In this document: positions 1 through 9,332 of the stretch, in pieces | Position numbering within the stretch: the first letter of the stretch is position 1 | Layout of the letters: each line of letters opens with the position of its first letter | IMG/VR virus record: IMGVR_UViG_3300025520_000003 | Location: 1 to 42,711 of that record | Source of the DNA: a virus | Direction: 5' to 3' (one strand) | DNA length: 42,711 nucleotides | The notes under the pieces: generated by a model | The model's input: only the letters and a program-made list of their open reading frames with translations | Database searches by the model: none | Told to the model about the DNA's origin: nothing | Position numbers and translations under genes: made by a program

Positions 1-127
1 CAATACGTCACCGCTGGCAAAGTCTGCCGTCACCTGTAGTTGTTGGCCAGTGGCGTTGTTTCCAAAGGTCACAGTCTTGTTCGTGCCGTCCGCAATAGAG
101 CTGTATGAGATTGTCAGGATAGGGAGC
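1..127. repeat. terminal overlap copy 1 (identical to 42585..42711); marks a circular or terminally redundant genome
   Basis: By direct comparison, nt 1-127 (caatacgtcaccgctgg...gtcaggatagggagc) equal nt 42585-42711. Confidence 0.95.
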
Positions 128-609
128 TGGAATTTAGCAGAACCACCAATGGTAATTTCATCGTTGTAGGTTGAGGCCGTTCGTCCAGTTGCGCTAATCA
201 GTGTGGTCGGTAGAATGTCTCGACCGAAAGGCTGACATATGAAGGTGACACTAAAGCTACAGTGCTTTAACCCATTTGGGCGGCCGATGTCTGGCTCTTG
301 GGCTGAAGCAATATAACGTCGTGTGCCTGAACCATAGCCAATATCAAGATAGCGTTCTTCGTTATTGAAGTACGCACGGAAATCATCAAGGAAGTTATCG
401 AGGTCAGTAATACTTGTGCCAATTATCTTACCCCTGATAACAATAGTTTTGCTGTTGTGATTAACACGATTAACTGTGTTGGCGTTTGCATTGGCAAGAG
501 CGAACATTCGCATGTTCTTGTCGGCTGGCGTCTCATGTTCAATGCTACTGGTAAGGATTACTGCTGTTTGCAGGGAGTTGCCATCAAAGCTGACTGCTTG
601 TCCTGCCAT
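1..609 (-). CDS. distal tail protein (Dit)-like, 5' part of a gene split by the linearisation point (continues in 42420..42584)
   Basis: The ATG at 609-607 overlaps the TMP stop (TAATG), with a GGAGGAGG SD at 619-626. The frame stays open to nt 1 and is in phase with ORF 42420..42656 through the end overlap (257 aa in total). The gene sits immediately after the tape measure gene. Confidence 0.7.
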   Translation of the reverse strand, partial: MAGQAVSFDGNSLQTAVILTSSIEHETPADKNMRMFALANANANTVNRVNHNSKTIVIRGKIIGTSITDLDNFLDDFRAYFNNEERYLDIGYGSGTRRYIASAQEPDIGRPNGLKHCSFSVTFICQPFGRDILPTTLISATGRTASTYNDEITIGGSAKFQLPILTISYSSIADGTNKTVTFGNNATGQQLQVTADFASGDVL

Positions 610-2516
610 TATCGTATTCCTCCTCCATTAGTTGTCAGGTTCTTGCTTGCGAGTAATGAGTCATTGTCGAGCGCCTTAAAGACACCCATGCCAGCTTCGT
701 ATGTTTGAGGCTGAATAATCAATGTTTGTATTGTAACACCGCCACCACCGTTAGGTGAACTACCAGCGCCCATATTACGCATTTGTTGTTGGTTGTACAC
801 CGTACCAGATGAATTTGGCACGAATACCTCTTGCTCCATCTCACCAACAACGTATGAACGGCCTGAAGAAACTGGCCCACCAGTTGCACGTTTCTGAACC
901 GCTCCACCCTGAAGGTTTGCAGCACCTCCCTGGATTTGAGCATTAGCACCCTGAATCTTGATAGCAGTATCATTTGCCTGGTTCGTGACCTTTTGGTACA
1001 TGCCCATAATGTCGTTGGTTGTGTACTGCAGTCGTTGATTCAGTTGAATGCTTTGAGTTTGAATAAGACTGTATGCGTCTTTCCATGTAACAACAACTTC
1101 ACTCACAGCGCTTTTAAGTTCCAGGACTCCTGCAACCTGTTGTTGGTGTGCTGGGCCAACGCTTCCAACAATCTTGAGGTTAGCGTCCCAGTTGCTTGTA
1201 GCGATTGATACAGCAGAAGCTAGACCCTCTTGAGCGCCAGTTTGAAGCTCAACGGCGGTCTTGAGATTACCGATTGCAATGTTGTTATCGAGGACTGCAC
1301 CTGTCTGATTAATCAGTGCGCCATAGTAGTCGTCTGTTTTTTGCTTGAGGTTAGCAAGTGCCGCCTCGTACTGAGGTGAATTCTCACCAAACATATCGTG
1401 AGCGAGTCTCAGTTCATCTTCAGCCTGGCGAAGTTGCTGGTTGATTACAGCGGCTTCAGAACGACGAATATTGAGTTGAGCGGTGCTTTCGGTAACTCGT
1501 CCTTGTGCGATTTCCGCCATGCGGCCAGTGTCTTCGATTGCCATTTTAAGGTGGTCGATGACGTTAAAGCTCTCACGGGTTTGGACACCCATTTCTTGAG
1601 CCAGTTCACCATATCGTGACAGCTTTGGAGCTGTATCGTCAAAGGAGTTATTTAAGTCACCAAGGGCAGCGTTAGCTTCAAGCATGCCGTCACGAAGTAC
1701 GGCCATAAAGCTACCGTCACGAACATCACCTTCTTTATTGATACCGACAAGCTGTTTACCTAGCATTCCCAGGTTGTCGGTCAGAGTAGACCATTGACCA
1801 CCAAGAGATTTGCTTTGTTTCTCCATTGTGTTGTAGAACTTGCCACCCTCACCTGTCATAGCTTGGAAGGCTTTTTCAACTTCAGGGAAGCCAATCTCAC
1901 CAGCTTCAACCATCTCGTTGATTTCGGCAGTAGTCTTGTTCAGGGTTTTAGCGAGGTACTCATAGATTGGAATACCACGTTGAGCGAATTGGCGAATGTC
2001 CACTGTAAAGGCACGACCCTGTGTTCGCAGTGTACCCATTAGGTAAGCAAGGTCGCCAATAGGCGCTCCAATAGCCGCTGAGACGTCTCCTAGCTGCTTC
2101 ATAGTGTCAAAGGCGTCTTGACCTTCAAAACCGAACGCAACGAGCTGACGAGTGGCGTTAGCGAGTTCTGGGAACTCAAATGGTGTTTCAGCCGCAAAGT
2201 CTGAAATCTGACGGAGCATAGCACGAGCAGCGTCGGCAGAACCTAGCATGTTCTCTAGGCCAATACGGGTTTGCTCAAAGTCGGCGGCACTTTTAACAGA
2301 GGCCGTGCCAGCAGCTCCAGCAGCAACACCTAAAGCGACAAGCGCAAGTTTACCCTTAGTAGCAACACCAGACAGTAAGTCTGAGCTTCGGCTGGCGTTA
2401 GAGGCTGAATTACTGAGTCCATCAACGGCTTGGGCAGTCTTGTTAATAGCTGACGGGTCGCCTTTGGAGACGACATTGACCTTGATTTCGTTGTTACTAC
2501 TGCCGAGGAGTGCCAT
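609..2516 (-). CDS. tail tape measure protein
   Basis: 635 aa, predicted alpha-helical and Ala/Gln-rich. It has the TP901-type core motif (AAETPFEFPELANATRQLVAFGF). It follows the G/GT chaperone pair and precedes Dit. Confidence 0.85.
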   Translation of the reverse strand: MALLGSSNNEIKVNVVSKGDPSAINKTAQAVDGLSNSASNASRSSDLLSGVATKGKLALVALGVAAGAAGTASVKSAADFEQTRIGLENMLGSADAARAMLRQISDFAAETPFEFPELANATRQLVAFGFEGQDAFDTMKQLGDVSAAIGAPIGDLAYLMGTLRTQGRAFTVDIRQFAQRGIPIYEYLAKTLNKTTAEINEMVEAGEIGFPEVEKAFQAMTGEGGKFYNTMEKQSKSLGGQWSTLTDNLGMLGKQLVGINKEGDVRDGSFMAVLRDGMLEANAALGDLNNSFDDTAPKLSRYGELAQEMGVQTRESFNVIDHLKMAIEDTGRMAEIAQGRVTESTAQLNIRRSEAAVINQQLRQAEDELRLAHDMFGENSPQYEAALANLKQKTDDYYGALINQTGAVLDNNIAIGNLKTAVELQTGAQEGLASAVSIATSNWDANLKIVGSVGPAHQQQVAGVLELKSAVSEVVVTWKDAYSLIQTQSIQLNQRLQYTTNDIMGMYQKVTNQANDTAIKIQGANAQIQGGAANLQGGAVQKRATGGPVSSGRSYVVGEMEQEVFVPNSSGTVYNQQQMRNMGAGSSPNGGGGVTIQTLIIQPQTYEAGMGVFKALDNDSLLASKNLTTNGGGIR

Positions 2517-3122
2517 GTTCCTTTATCGCCTTTTCTTTCTTTGCTTTCGATTCAGCCTTTTTATTTGCTACGTCCGATTTGATGTTGTGGATTTCCAGCT
2601 TCCTAATGATGACATTGAGGGGTAGCCTTAACGTATCAGCGGTCGAGTCACCTGTGATGGAACGGAATTCATCAATCAGGTCAAAGATATAAGCGTCGTA
2701 TGGCTTATTTAAATCTCTTGCTCTGTCACTGGGGTCTTTGGCGTAGTATCTGATGATGTTTTTTTTTGACCATCGGTTACTACTGACTGAAGATTCTTAA
2801 TCTCGTTCTGCTTAATAAGCATGCTGAGGAATGCAAAGTCTTCGGCCTTCAATCGAGCGACGTTAGCGGCGTTGACCTCAACAGGTACACGCTCACCAGC
2901 TTCGTTCAATTCTTCAAGACCCCAATCGGTAATAAGGCTGGCAATGACAGCAAAATTACGATGACTCGGTTCATTATTAAGTTCAGCAAGTGCGACATCG
3001 AGTGCTTCGGCCGCTAGATACTGAGTCTTAATCTCAACCCACGCCTTGTCTTCTTCCTTCTCCTCTTTGAGAGTGGAAGGAAGATAGACTCGTTCAATGT
3101 TCTGCGTAGGTAGGAGTGCCAT
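2497..3122 (-). CDS. tail assembly chaperone GT-like fusion made by a -1 programmed frameshift near 2759-2767
   Basis: The -1 frame is open from the A9 run to a TAG at 2499-2497 (NIIRYYAKDPSDRARDLNKPYDAYIFDLIDEFRS...KEHGTPRQ, about 87 aa). It has no in-frame ATG and fills the otherwise gene-free 190 nt before the TMP start. Confidence 0.65.
2709..3122 (-). CDS. tail assembly chaperone (gpG-like, zero-frame product)
   Basis: 137-aa acidic protein between the tail tube and tape measure genes. It carries an A9 slippery run 50 nt before its stop. Confidence 0.7.
   Translation of the reverse strand: MALLPTQNIERVYLPSTLKEEKEEDKAWVEIKTQYLAAEALDVALAELNNEPSHRNFAVIASLITDWGLEELNEAGERVPVEVNAANVARLKAEDFAFLSMLIKQNEIKNLQSVVTDGQKKTSSDTTPKTPVTEQEI
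2759..2767 (-). promoter_or_regulatory. slippery sequence A AAA AAA (nine A on the coding strand) for the G/GT -1 frameshift
   Basis: Plus strand reads T9 at 2759-2767. The zero frame reads CAA AAA AAA ACA. Confidence 0.65.
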
Positions 3123-4306
3123 TAAATTGTAGCCTCTCCGTTGATGATAACGATTTGCATGCCTTTACCGTCAGTGGTGTCGTTGATAGGGCGGTAGTTC
3201 AGCTCCTCGTATTCGATAGAGCCACTCTCAAGCTGCGGAAGCACTGTTCCGTCTGTCTTGATGTGGTTAAAGACTGCTCGGACTTCGTACTCGTTACCTG
3301 AGCCAGTAAAGTGACGGACAACCAGTGATTGCTTAGTCAAGTTGTTGACCTGTTCAACGTCTTCACCGCCTTCAAAGATTTTCTGAATGCTAATGTTGGC
3401 TGTACCAGTAGTTCGTGGCAATGCAGCTGGGTCAAATCCACCAGAACGCATAGCACCGTCGTCATTCTCAAATGAGTGAATGATGTCGTAGCTTGACCCT
3501 TCTTCAACACGGATTTGTGTTGCGGTAAGAGCGGCCGCTGCGTCATCTGCAAATCGGAACTGGCTTCGTGACCATAGAAGGGTAGGGAGCAGGTCAAAGG
3601 TGATTGTTGATGGTCGAATGTAGATGAAGTCGCCTGCAACTGCCGTGCTGACGTCTTCACTGACGGTTACTTCAGTATCGCTGGCAACTGTATCGACAAT
3701 TGCATTGATGACCGTACCGTTAGCAAGCTGAACAGCAATCAAGTCGCCAACAACGAGGCCATCGGTCGGTGCTGGGTCGTAGAAGCTATCAAGCTCAATT
3801 GTGTATGGGCCAGTGCCAGTAACGGCTGAAATCTTACGGGTGGTAAATGATTTCAAAGCTGAACCAGTAACCTGCCATCGAAGTTCGTTGCCTTCTTTAA
3901 CAAGTGAAATCTGACCAGCCTGGAAGCCGATAAGACGCTTGACTGAGTAGCCGTTTGAAATGTCGTAAGTATAAGGGTTCGGGTCGATTGTCTTTGAAAG
4001 CTCGAAGGTGTGAGTGTATGGCCCTGCACCAGTCGTGCTAACCTTTGTCAGCAATGAGTCAAAGAGACGAGCGCTGGTGTTTGGCTCGGCTGGAACGGTG
4101 ATGTCGCCACGGTGACTGCGCTGACCTTGAAGGACGTCGAAGTTAGCAAACTTCTCGCCGTAGATAGGCATTTGGTCTACAAGGTTGTAGTTGGTATTAA
4201 CTGTCTCAGAATATAGTGGCATGAATACGTCAGGGATAACTGCCGTATCAGCAGCGGTCTGCTTTTTAACGGCAAGATAGCCGAGGTTGCCTAATTTTTC
4301 ACTCAT
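3122..4306 (-). CDS. major tail (tube) protein, assigned by position
   Basis: 394-aa ORF directly upstream of the chaperone pair, with a TAATG overlap to the chaperone. I recognised no specific motif. Confidence 0.5.
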   Translation of the reverse strand: MSEKLGNLGYLAVKKQTAADTAVIPDVFMPLYSETVNTNYNLVDQMPIYGEKFANFDVLQGQRSHRGDITVPAEPNTSARLFDSLLTKVSTTGAGPYTHTFELSKTIDPNPYTYDISNGYSVKRLIGFQAGQISLVKEGNELRWQVTGSALKSFTTRKISAVTGTGPYTIELDSFYDPAPTDGLVVGDLIAVQLANGTVINAIVDTVASDTEVTVSEDVSTAVAGDFIYIRPSTITFDLLPTLLWSRSQFRFADDAAAALTATQIRVEEGSSYDIIHSFENDDGAMRSGGFDPAALPRTTGTANISIQKIFEGGEDVEQVNNLTKQSLVVRHFTGSGNEYEVRAVFNHIKTDGTVLPQLESGSIEYEELNYRPINDTTDGKGMQIVIINGEATI

Positions 4307-4596
4307 TGTTGATTTTGCTCCTGATTAATTGGTTGCGGTTGAACTGGTGCAGTTGACTGAACAGAGTTAGGTTGTGGGGCAGCAGCAACGGTTGCCTGTG
4401 GAGCAACACCGATAACAGCACCGTCGGCAGCGACAGGAGTTGGTGCAGGTTGTGCTTGTGGTTCTGGTTGTGCTGATTCAATAAGTTGGAGACTTGGACT
4501 GTTGAGCTTTACGCTTGAAGTAATCTCTCCGTTGACGGTTTTACCGACACCTGGGATTACGAGTTCTTTACCGTTTTTGGTTTTGTATTTGTACAT
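4303..4596 (-). CDS. hypothetical protein with a Pro/Gln/Ala-rich C-terminal tail
   Basis: 97-aa ORF with a GGAGG SD at 4601-4605 and a 4-nt overlap with the tail tube gene. Confidence 0.6.
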   Translation of the reverse strand: MYKYKTKNGKELVIPGVGKTVNGEITSSVKLNSPSLQLIESAQPEPQAQPAPTPVAADGAVIGVAPQATVAAAPQPNSVQSTAPVQPQPINQEQNQQ

Positions 4597-4635
4597 ATTG
4601 CCTCCATTATCTTGTTTATGCTATGGTTTGTCAAT

Positions 4636-5124
4636 TTAACTTCTGTCTGTTATGTACACCCTTCTTAGAAGTGTTACCGTAACGAACGCTTGGTAAATCG
4701 TATCCTGGTCTGGTGTCATGTTGACGTCGTAGTTAATTTCAGCCGAACTATCAATCACATTACCGTTAAGGCTGAGGTTACGACGGAGCATTCCCATCAG
4801 TGTGGTGGGCTTAAATGAGCCTGTCGCTGGGTCGATTTCTTCGATGTAATTAGACAGCTGGCGCATGACGGTATCCTCTGAGCTAGGATTACCGAAGCCA
4901 TCTTTGCCGTTCACGTTAAGAACAATAACGATTTCCTCTGTGCGGTCATCGGTTGAGGTAGCTGAACTTGAGAATGTACCAGATACCTTTTGAATGACAA
5001 CGCACGGCAATGCGCTTTCAGGTATGTCATCTGGCGCACCAAGGAAATACTCCTTGAAGATGTCCCCAAAGGTTTCTTGAGCGATATTTCTAATCAGTTG
5101 AGCGCCATCAAGATAGGTTTGCAT
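4636..5124 (-). CDS. tail terminator / tail completion-like protein (by position)
   Basis: 162 aa, lying between an HK97-gp10/Mu-G-like gene and the tail tube gene. The ALPCVVIQK segment resembles DUF3168-type proteins (from recall). Confidence 0.4.
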   Translation of the reverse strand: MQTYLDGAQLIRNIAQETFGDIFKEYFLGAPDDIPESALPCVVIQKVSGTFSSSATSTDDRTEEIVIVLNVNGKDGFGNPSSEDTVMRQLSNYIEEIDPATGSFKPTTLMGMLRRNLSLNGNVIDSSAEINYDVNMTPDQDTIYQAFVTVTLLRRVYITDRS

Positions 5125-5588
5125 TACATTCCCCTCGAAATCTTGAGTTCTATATCACGCTTAACAATAGCGTAGACCTTACGCTCCATCACATCATTAA
5201 CGAGTAGCATTGGTCGATAAGGCATTTTGCTGCGTGGTTCAGTCGAGTTGTGATACTTAAAGTAAGCAGTCGGGTTAAAAATACGAAGTGATTTATTGCC
5301 AACATCTGACTTAAAATTGCTCCTCATCTTACCGCTTGCAACTAAGGTCTGCGTTCCACTGACCACACGGAGTCGTGACTTGCGGCGCATAGTGTCTGGT
5401 TTCACGGCTGGCCATACACGGCCCAGAACTCCACCTTGAGACTCAAAGACTTCACCTTCAACATATGAAACCAGCTCCTTGGCAATCTTTTGCATAGTTG
5501 GCTTTAGGTTTCTAAGGTGTAAATCAATACCACGCAACCGCTTGATGGTCTGCCTATCGCCAGTAATGCGAACGGTCATTTCAATCAC
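5124..5588 (-). CDS. virion morphogenesis / head-tail joining protein (Mu gpG or HK97 gp10-like)
   Basis: 154 aa with a GTG start at 5588 that overlaps the upstream stop, and an AAAGG SD. Assigned by sequence pattern and position after the connector gene. Confidence 0.45.
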   Translation of the reverse strand: MIEMTVRITGDRQTIKRLRGIDLHLRNLKPTMQKIAKELVSYVEGEVFESQGGVLGRVWPAVKPDTMRRKSRLRVVSGTQTLVASGKMRSNFKSDVGNKSLRIFNPTAYFKYHNSTEPRSKMPYRPMLLVNDVMERKVYAIVKRDIELKISRGM

Positions 5589-6556
5589 TAGAATTGCCTT
5601 TCACGGTAGCCATTAATTGAACCCATGCGGAACTGTCGTCCAGCACCACCTTGGTCACGTGACGTTCCAGCAGTATCTTCGTTTGGCCAACCGCTAAAAC
5701 CACCAGCAGAACCCTCTAGGGACGTACTAGCACCGTTCTCGTCGGTCAGGGTAACTTGTTTAGTGGCAAGTGATTTAAGGTCTGCTAAAGCGGCGCTTAC
5801 TTTGGCGTCAGCGTCGAGCTTACGCTGTGATTGATATTTATATTGTGACTGTAATAGGTATCCAGCGGCCAGGCGAATGGTGATGTCTGAAATAAATGGG
5901 TTGATTGGAGCGGTAAATGGAATCGTATAGACACCGACAAGCATACCGTTAATCTTTGACTGAGCAGCTTGGCGCTTCTCATCAATCAGTTGGTCGGTAA
6001 TATAGCGAGCGCCATTGAATCCAGCCTCTTGGCGAATAGCGGCGAGTGAAGCGTAGTTATTAACCCCACCACCACGTGCAGAGTTGCTTTGTGAGAGGTC
6101 GGTTTCTTCAAGAGTCACTGAGTTGTAGTAAGTATATTTATACCAGTAGTCAGAACCGCCAGTTGGGTCTTCGGTTGGGGTAGTGCCGCTATCAGCCTTG
6201 ATGTCAAAAGGACTACCGACCACTACAAATTGGTCATCTGTTGGCTGAGTGCCATCGACGTTAGGCGCACGATATAGCTTAACTTGATTACCAAAGAGCC
6301 GTTGAACCATTGAAGGTTGCTTGTGTGAGAGTGACAGAGCGTTAATAGTGAGCGCCACTGTACTAGCAACAGCAGATACGCTGCGGATTTCTGTGCCTTC
6401 AGCGCCAGGTGTGCCAATGGCGATAAACCCGACGTCAAATCCAGATGTATTTTGGACTGGAAGGTTGGTAGCTCCAGCGACCACATCATCAGTAAGCACC
6501 GTTTGCTGGAGGATATTATTATCGTTGTAATTCGGTATGTTTACTGTTTGAATCAT
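5588..6556 (-). CDS. head-tail connector/adaptor (DUF1320/Mu gp36-like C-terminal half) with an N-terminal extension of about 160 aa
   Basis: 322 aa. The C-terminal part (ASLAAIRQEAGF...ITDQLIDEKRQAAQSKINGMLVGVYTIPF...ITIRLAAGYLL) resembles the adaptor family. The N-terminal half is unassigned. Confidence 0.45.
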   Translation of the reverse strand: MIQTVNIPNYNDNNILQQTVLTDDVVAGATNLPVQNTSGFDVGFIAIGTPGAEGTEIRSVSAVASTVALTINALSLSHKQPSMVQRLFGNQVKLYRAPNVDGTQPTDDQFVVVGSPFDIKADSGTTPTEDPTGGSDYWYKYTYYNSVTLEETDLSQSNSARGGGVNNYASLAAIRQEAGFNGARYITDQLIDEKRQAAQSKINGMLVGVYTIPFTAPINPFISDITIRLAAGYLLQSQYKYQSQRKLDADAKVSAALADLKSLATKQVTLTDENGASTSLEGSAGGFSGWPNEDTAGTSRDQGGAGRQFRMGSINGYRERQF

Positions 6557-6566
6557 AGCTTTGTTC

Positions 6567-6824
6567 CTATATTACTATATTGTTTGTGTTTCCACTCAGG
6601 CGTTCAGGATTATCAAGACTTATGGCGCTTCTGTCGGTTGAACTGGAGAGGGTAATTGGTTTACCGACGGTTTGGCGAGCCTCAACGTATGCTGAGGCGG
6701 TCTGTGTGGCCGTCAACACGACCGAAATCTGTGCAACGGCAGTCTGTATCGCCTCTCTTTGAACCTCGTTGATAAGAGTCGGTAGCCCATTGTAGCTGGA
6801 CTGAAGATAGCCAAAGCCAAACAT
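6567..6824 (-). CDS. hypothetical protein
   Basis: 85-aa ORF with a TAATG overlap to the upstream gene. Confidence 0.55.
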   Translation of the reverse strand: MFGFGYLQSSYNGLPTLINEVQREAIQTAVAQISVVLTATQTASAYVEARQTVGKPITLSSSTDRSAISLDNPERLSGNTNNIVI

Positions 6825-7195
6825 TACCTAATCTCCTTCTTGAACTCGTAGTTGCGACCTTCCTTTGTGTATTGGTAGCCAAAATCAACCCCACTCCAGC
6901 CAGAAGCAATCACATTACCGCCCATGTCGGTGGTTGAGAAGCCGTGTCTAAACCTGATGGGTCGAGAACCTTCAGGAACTTTAGTCCAGTCGATTGTGTA
7001 CATATGGTCTCTAAAGAAGGTGGTGAGCTTTACCAGAGCGCCATGTTCTTCTTCAGGAGCTTTATTTAGTATGGCTCGAAAGACGTTCTCATCTTGGTTG
7101 TAGGGTGAGCGGTCTAACAGAGCGGTTTCATCAATAATAAAGCCGTCTGCATATTCAGCCCTGATTGATGAGTCGAGTGGTATTGGTAAATTCAT
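6824..7195 (-). CDS. hypothetical protein
   Basis: 123-aa ORF, co-directional and tightly packed with its neighbours. Confidence 0.6.
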   Translation of the reverse strand: MNLPIPLDSSIRAEYADGFIIDETALLDRSPYNQDENVFRAILNKAPEEEHGALVKLTTFFRDHMYTIDWTKVPEGSRPIRFRHGFSTTDMGGNVIASGWSGVDFGYQYTKEGRNYEFKKEIR

Positions 7196-7198
7196 ATT

Positions 7199-8566
7199 TT
7201 AAACCAGCTTATAAACTATAATTCGTGAACCAGCATAGATGTCCCAGTCACTTGCTTCAAGTCGGAAGCTTGTAATGTTCGTTGTTGGTGTGTATACCGA
7301 ATTCCAAAGTGCGCTCGCCGTATTAAGGGTGGAAAGGTTATTGTCAAGCCCAACTGTATACATTCTAGTAGGTTCGCCAGCACGTTTTGTGATAATCAGG
7401 TCAACGTATAGGTCATCGCCAGGGTTCATTGTTCCGCCAATACCAAGACCTAAGCGGTAATATGCTCCGTTTGAACCAGTAATTGCATTTGATTGGAGTC
7501 GGGTGTAGTTTGTCTTATAGTTTGAAGTTGTGCCGTCGTTGTTTAACTTCAAGTTCCAACCATTAGTGTAGGTAGGGTTAGTAAGGTGAAACACGACTCT
7601 ATACATGAAATCTGCGTCTAAATCTAGGCCAGTAACATCGTAGTTGAATGTATTAGATACAAACGTGTAGTCGAGTATCTTTTCCCACATTCCGCCGCCA
7701 CCACCGCCTCCTCCAGCCACGGCTGTATCAACGTAGTTTTTAACAGATTGCTGAGTAGGAATTTTGGTTGGAGAGTTAGAAACCATATCGTCTTCATCAA
7801 CAACAAAGCTCATAGCTGCGGTAGATGTGTCAGCGTTCATAACAGCACCAGCGGCGTCAACATTGGCATTGTCGGTTACGTCAGCCCCAGCTTCAACACC
7901 TGCAAGTTTCGTCTTTTCAGTATCGGTGAATGCTTTGTTGGTAGTACCATCAGCAAGCTCGTCAAAGCTGGTGGGAACTGTCGGTGTTCCTGTAAGGTCT
8001 GCATATGCACCGCTAGTTGCGATTGGCGCTAGTGAAGATTGGTCAGCTTTTGCGTCAAGTGCAGACTGCAGGTCAGCTTGAGATGATAAAGTGCCACCAA
8101 TCTCACCCCATGTTGGACTACCGCCAGGTGCAGGTGTATCCGTTAGGTCGTTATATGAACCACTCGAAGCAACAGGAGCTAGAGCGGTAATACTGCTCTC
8201 AAGGGTATCAATATCTGATTCAGCAGTGTTGATTGCGTTTTGAAGTTCAGCAATCTGTTCATCAACCAGAAGACACTCAACTGCGTCGCCAGCTGTATGA
8301 GGAGATGGCGTCGTCAGCACTTGGCCACGTTCAATCGTAAATACATCGACGCTAACAGAGGTCACAAGGACAGTTTCAGCATTCGGGTCATCACGTGGGT
8401 CTGGATAAGTTTCTTTGTCCCATATCGTTACCCAAAATGTGCCGACAGTAGGGAAGCGGTTGCCTGCGTCTCCTGGCTGAATTTCAAGTGTTGTGACAGT
8501 ATCATCAATCGAAGAAAGCAAGGTTGACTTGCTTCCGTTCTTGACTTGCTTGAATGCAGTCGTCAT
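7199..8566 (-). CDS. fibre-like protein located in the head module (possible head fibre or side fibre)
   Basis: 455 aa. It has a coiled-coil segment, two fibre-repeat motifs (SGSYNDLTDTP and SGAYADLTGTP), the motif KIPTQQSVKNYVD, a Gly8 linker and a C-terminal globular domain of about 155 aa. Confidence 0.6.
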   Translation of the reverse strand: MTTAFKQVKNGSKSTLLSSIDDTVTTLEIQPGDAGNRFPTVGTFWVTIWDKETYPDPRDDPNAETVLVTSVSVDVFTIERGQVLTTPSPHTAGDAVECLLVDEQIAELQNAINTAESDIDTLESSITALAPVASSGSYNDLTDTPAPGGSPTWGEIGGTLSSQADLQSALDAKADQSSLAPIATSGAYADLTGTPTVPTSFDELADGTTNKAFTDTEKTKLAGVEAGADVTDNANVDAAGAVMNADTSTAAMSFVVDEDDMVSNSPTKIPTQQSVKNYVDTAVAGGGGGGGGMWEKILDYTFVSNTFNYDVTGLDLDADFMYRVVFHLTNPTYTNGWNLKLNNDGTTSNYKTNYTRLQSNAITGSNGAYYRLGLGIGGTMNPGDDLYVDLIITKRAGEPTRMYTVGLDNNLSTLNTASALWNSVYTPTTNITSFRLEASDWDIYAGSRIIVYKLV

Positions 8567-8576
8567 GATTTAGACC

Positions 8577-9080
8577 TTAACTCTCTGTCCAGGTTGCGGT
8601 AATTGTACGACCTGCAATTGCTCCTGGGCCGCCAGCATAGCTAGATGTTGTCTGAAGCTGTGTTCGCAGAGCTTGAGCAAACATAGTGCCTCCAGCAGTT
8701 GTCGAGCTTGTACCAGCACCGAATGGTGTCGAGCTGTTGTTAAAGTTGGCAGCAAGACCAGTTGTACTCATGGCTGGGTCGCCTGTTGCAGTCGTTGCAG
8801 GCTGCACGTAAGCGGCTAGGACAGCTCCGACGATAGAAAGACCAGTAGCAGGTGCATTGTTATCAATCTTGTACGTGAGAGCGCTCAGAGAGTTCCACGT
8901 ACCAGCAAACTTGATGGCCTGAATCTTTGGCATAGAGTTTTGGTTCAGAGAACTGTTAATAGGACTGGCTGTATAAGCAGTCGTTGAGTCATCGACTCGT
9001 TTCCAGTTAGCTTCGGTGCGGCCAGTTGTTTCGGTAGCACCAGCACCGTTAAATTCACTCCATGTTTGTGTTGAAGCCAT
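8577..9080 (-). CDS. hypothetical structural protein (Ser/Thr/Ala/Gly-rich)
   Basis: 167-aa ORF in the head module. Confidence 0.55.
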   Translation of the reverse strand: MASTQTWSEFNGAGATETTGRTEANWKRVDDSTTAYTASPINSSLNQNSMPKIQAIKFAGTWNSLSALTYKIDNNAPATGLSIVGAVLAAYVQPATTATGDPAMSTTGLAANFNNSSTPFGAGTSSTTAGGTMFAQALRTQLQTTSSYAGGPGAIAGRTITATWTES

Positions 9081-9084
9081 GTTT

Positions 9085-9261
9085 TTATATTTCCTCGTCT
9101 GGTGTTACCAGTTCTTTATGCCAGCCAATAAGCTTACCTTCAGAATCAAAATCACCTTTAATAATGTATTTAACGCCCTCGCAGACAATCTCTTGTCCAT
9201 CGTTAAATCCACTCAATTTCTTGATGTCTGATGTTGTTTCGTGTGCTGGGATATCTGTCAT
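9085..9261 (-). CDS. hypothetical small protein (58 aa, below the ORF-track cutoff)
   Basis: Hand translation gives MTDIPAHETTSDIKKLSGFNDGQEIVCEGVKYIIKGDFDSEGKLIGWHKELVTPDEEI. It fills a gap but has no clear SD. Confidence 0.4.
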   Translation of the reverse strand: MTDIPAHETTSDIKKLSGFNDGQEIVCEGVKYIIKGDFDSEGKLIGWHKELVTPDEEI

Positions 9262-9280
9262 ATAAGTTCTTTAAAGCATG

Positions 9281-9321
9281 AGGAGCAGGCGCTATAACAT
9301 TACTGTCTTTGACCTGCTCCT
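9281..9321 (-). other. 9-bp perfect stem-loop downstream of the capsid gene block (possible attenuator or mRNA stabiliser)
   Basis: AGGAGCAGG at 9281-9289 pairs with CCTGCTCCT at 9313-9321. The downstream T-run on the minus strand is weak. Confidence 0.4.
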
Positions 9322-9332
9322 TTCTTGCTTAT

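Noticed and set aside
4606-4634. TTGACA-N17-GATAAT match on the minus strand in the 39-nt gap before gene 4303..4596
   Set aside because: The -10 element is followed directly by the GGAGG SD and the ATG. A transcript started here would lack the SD. The match lies inside the late structural operon, so it may be chance or at most a minor internal promoter.
7692-7715. Gly8 run in the fibre gene, considered as a phase-variable homopolymer
   Set aside because: The run is encoded by mixed GGN codons (ccgccgccaccaccgcctcctcc on the plus strand), not by a nucleotide homopolymer. Slippage is therefore unlikely.
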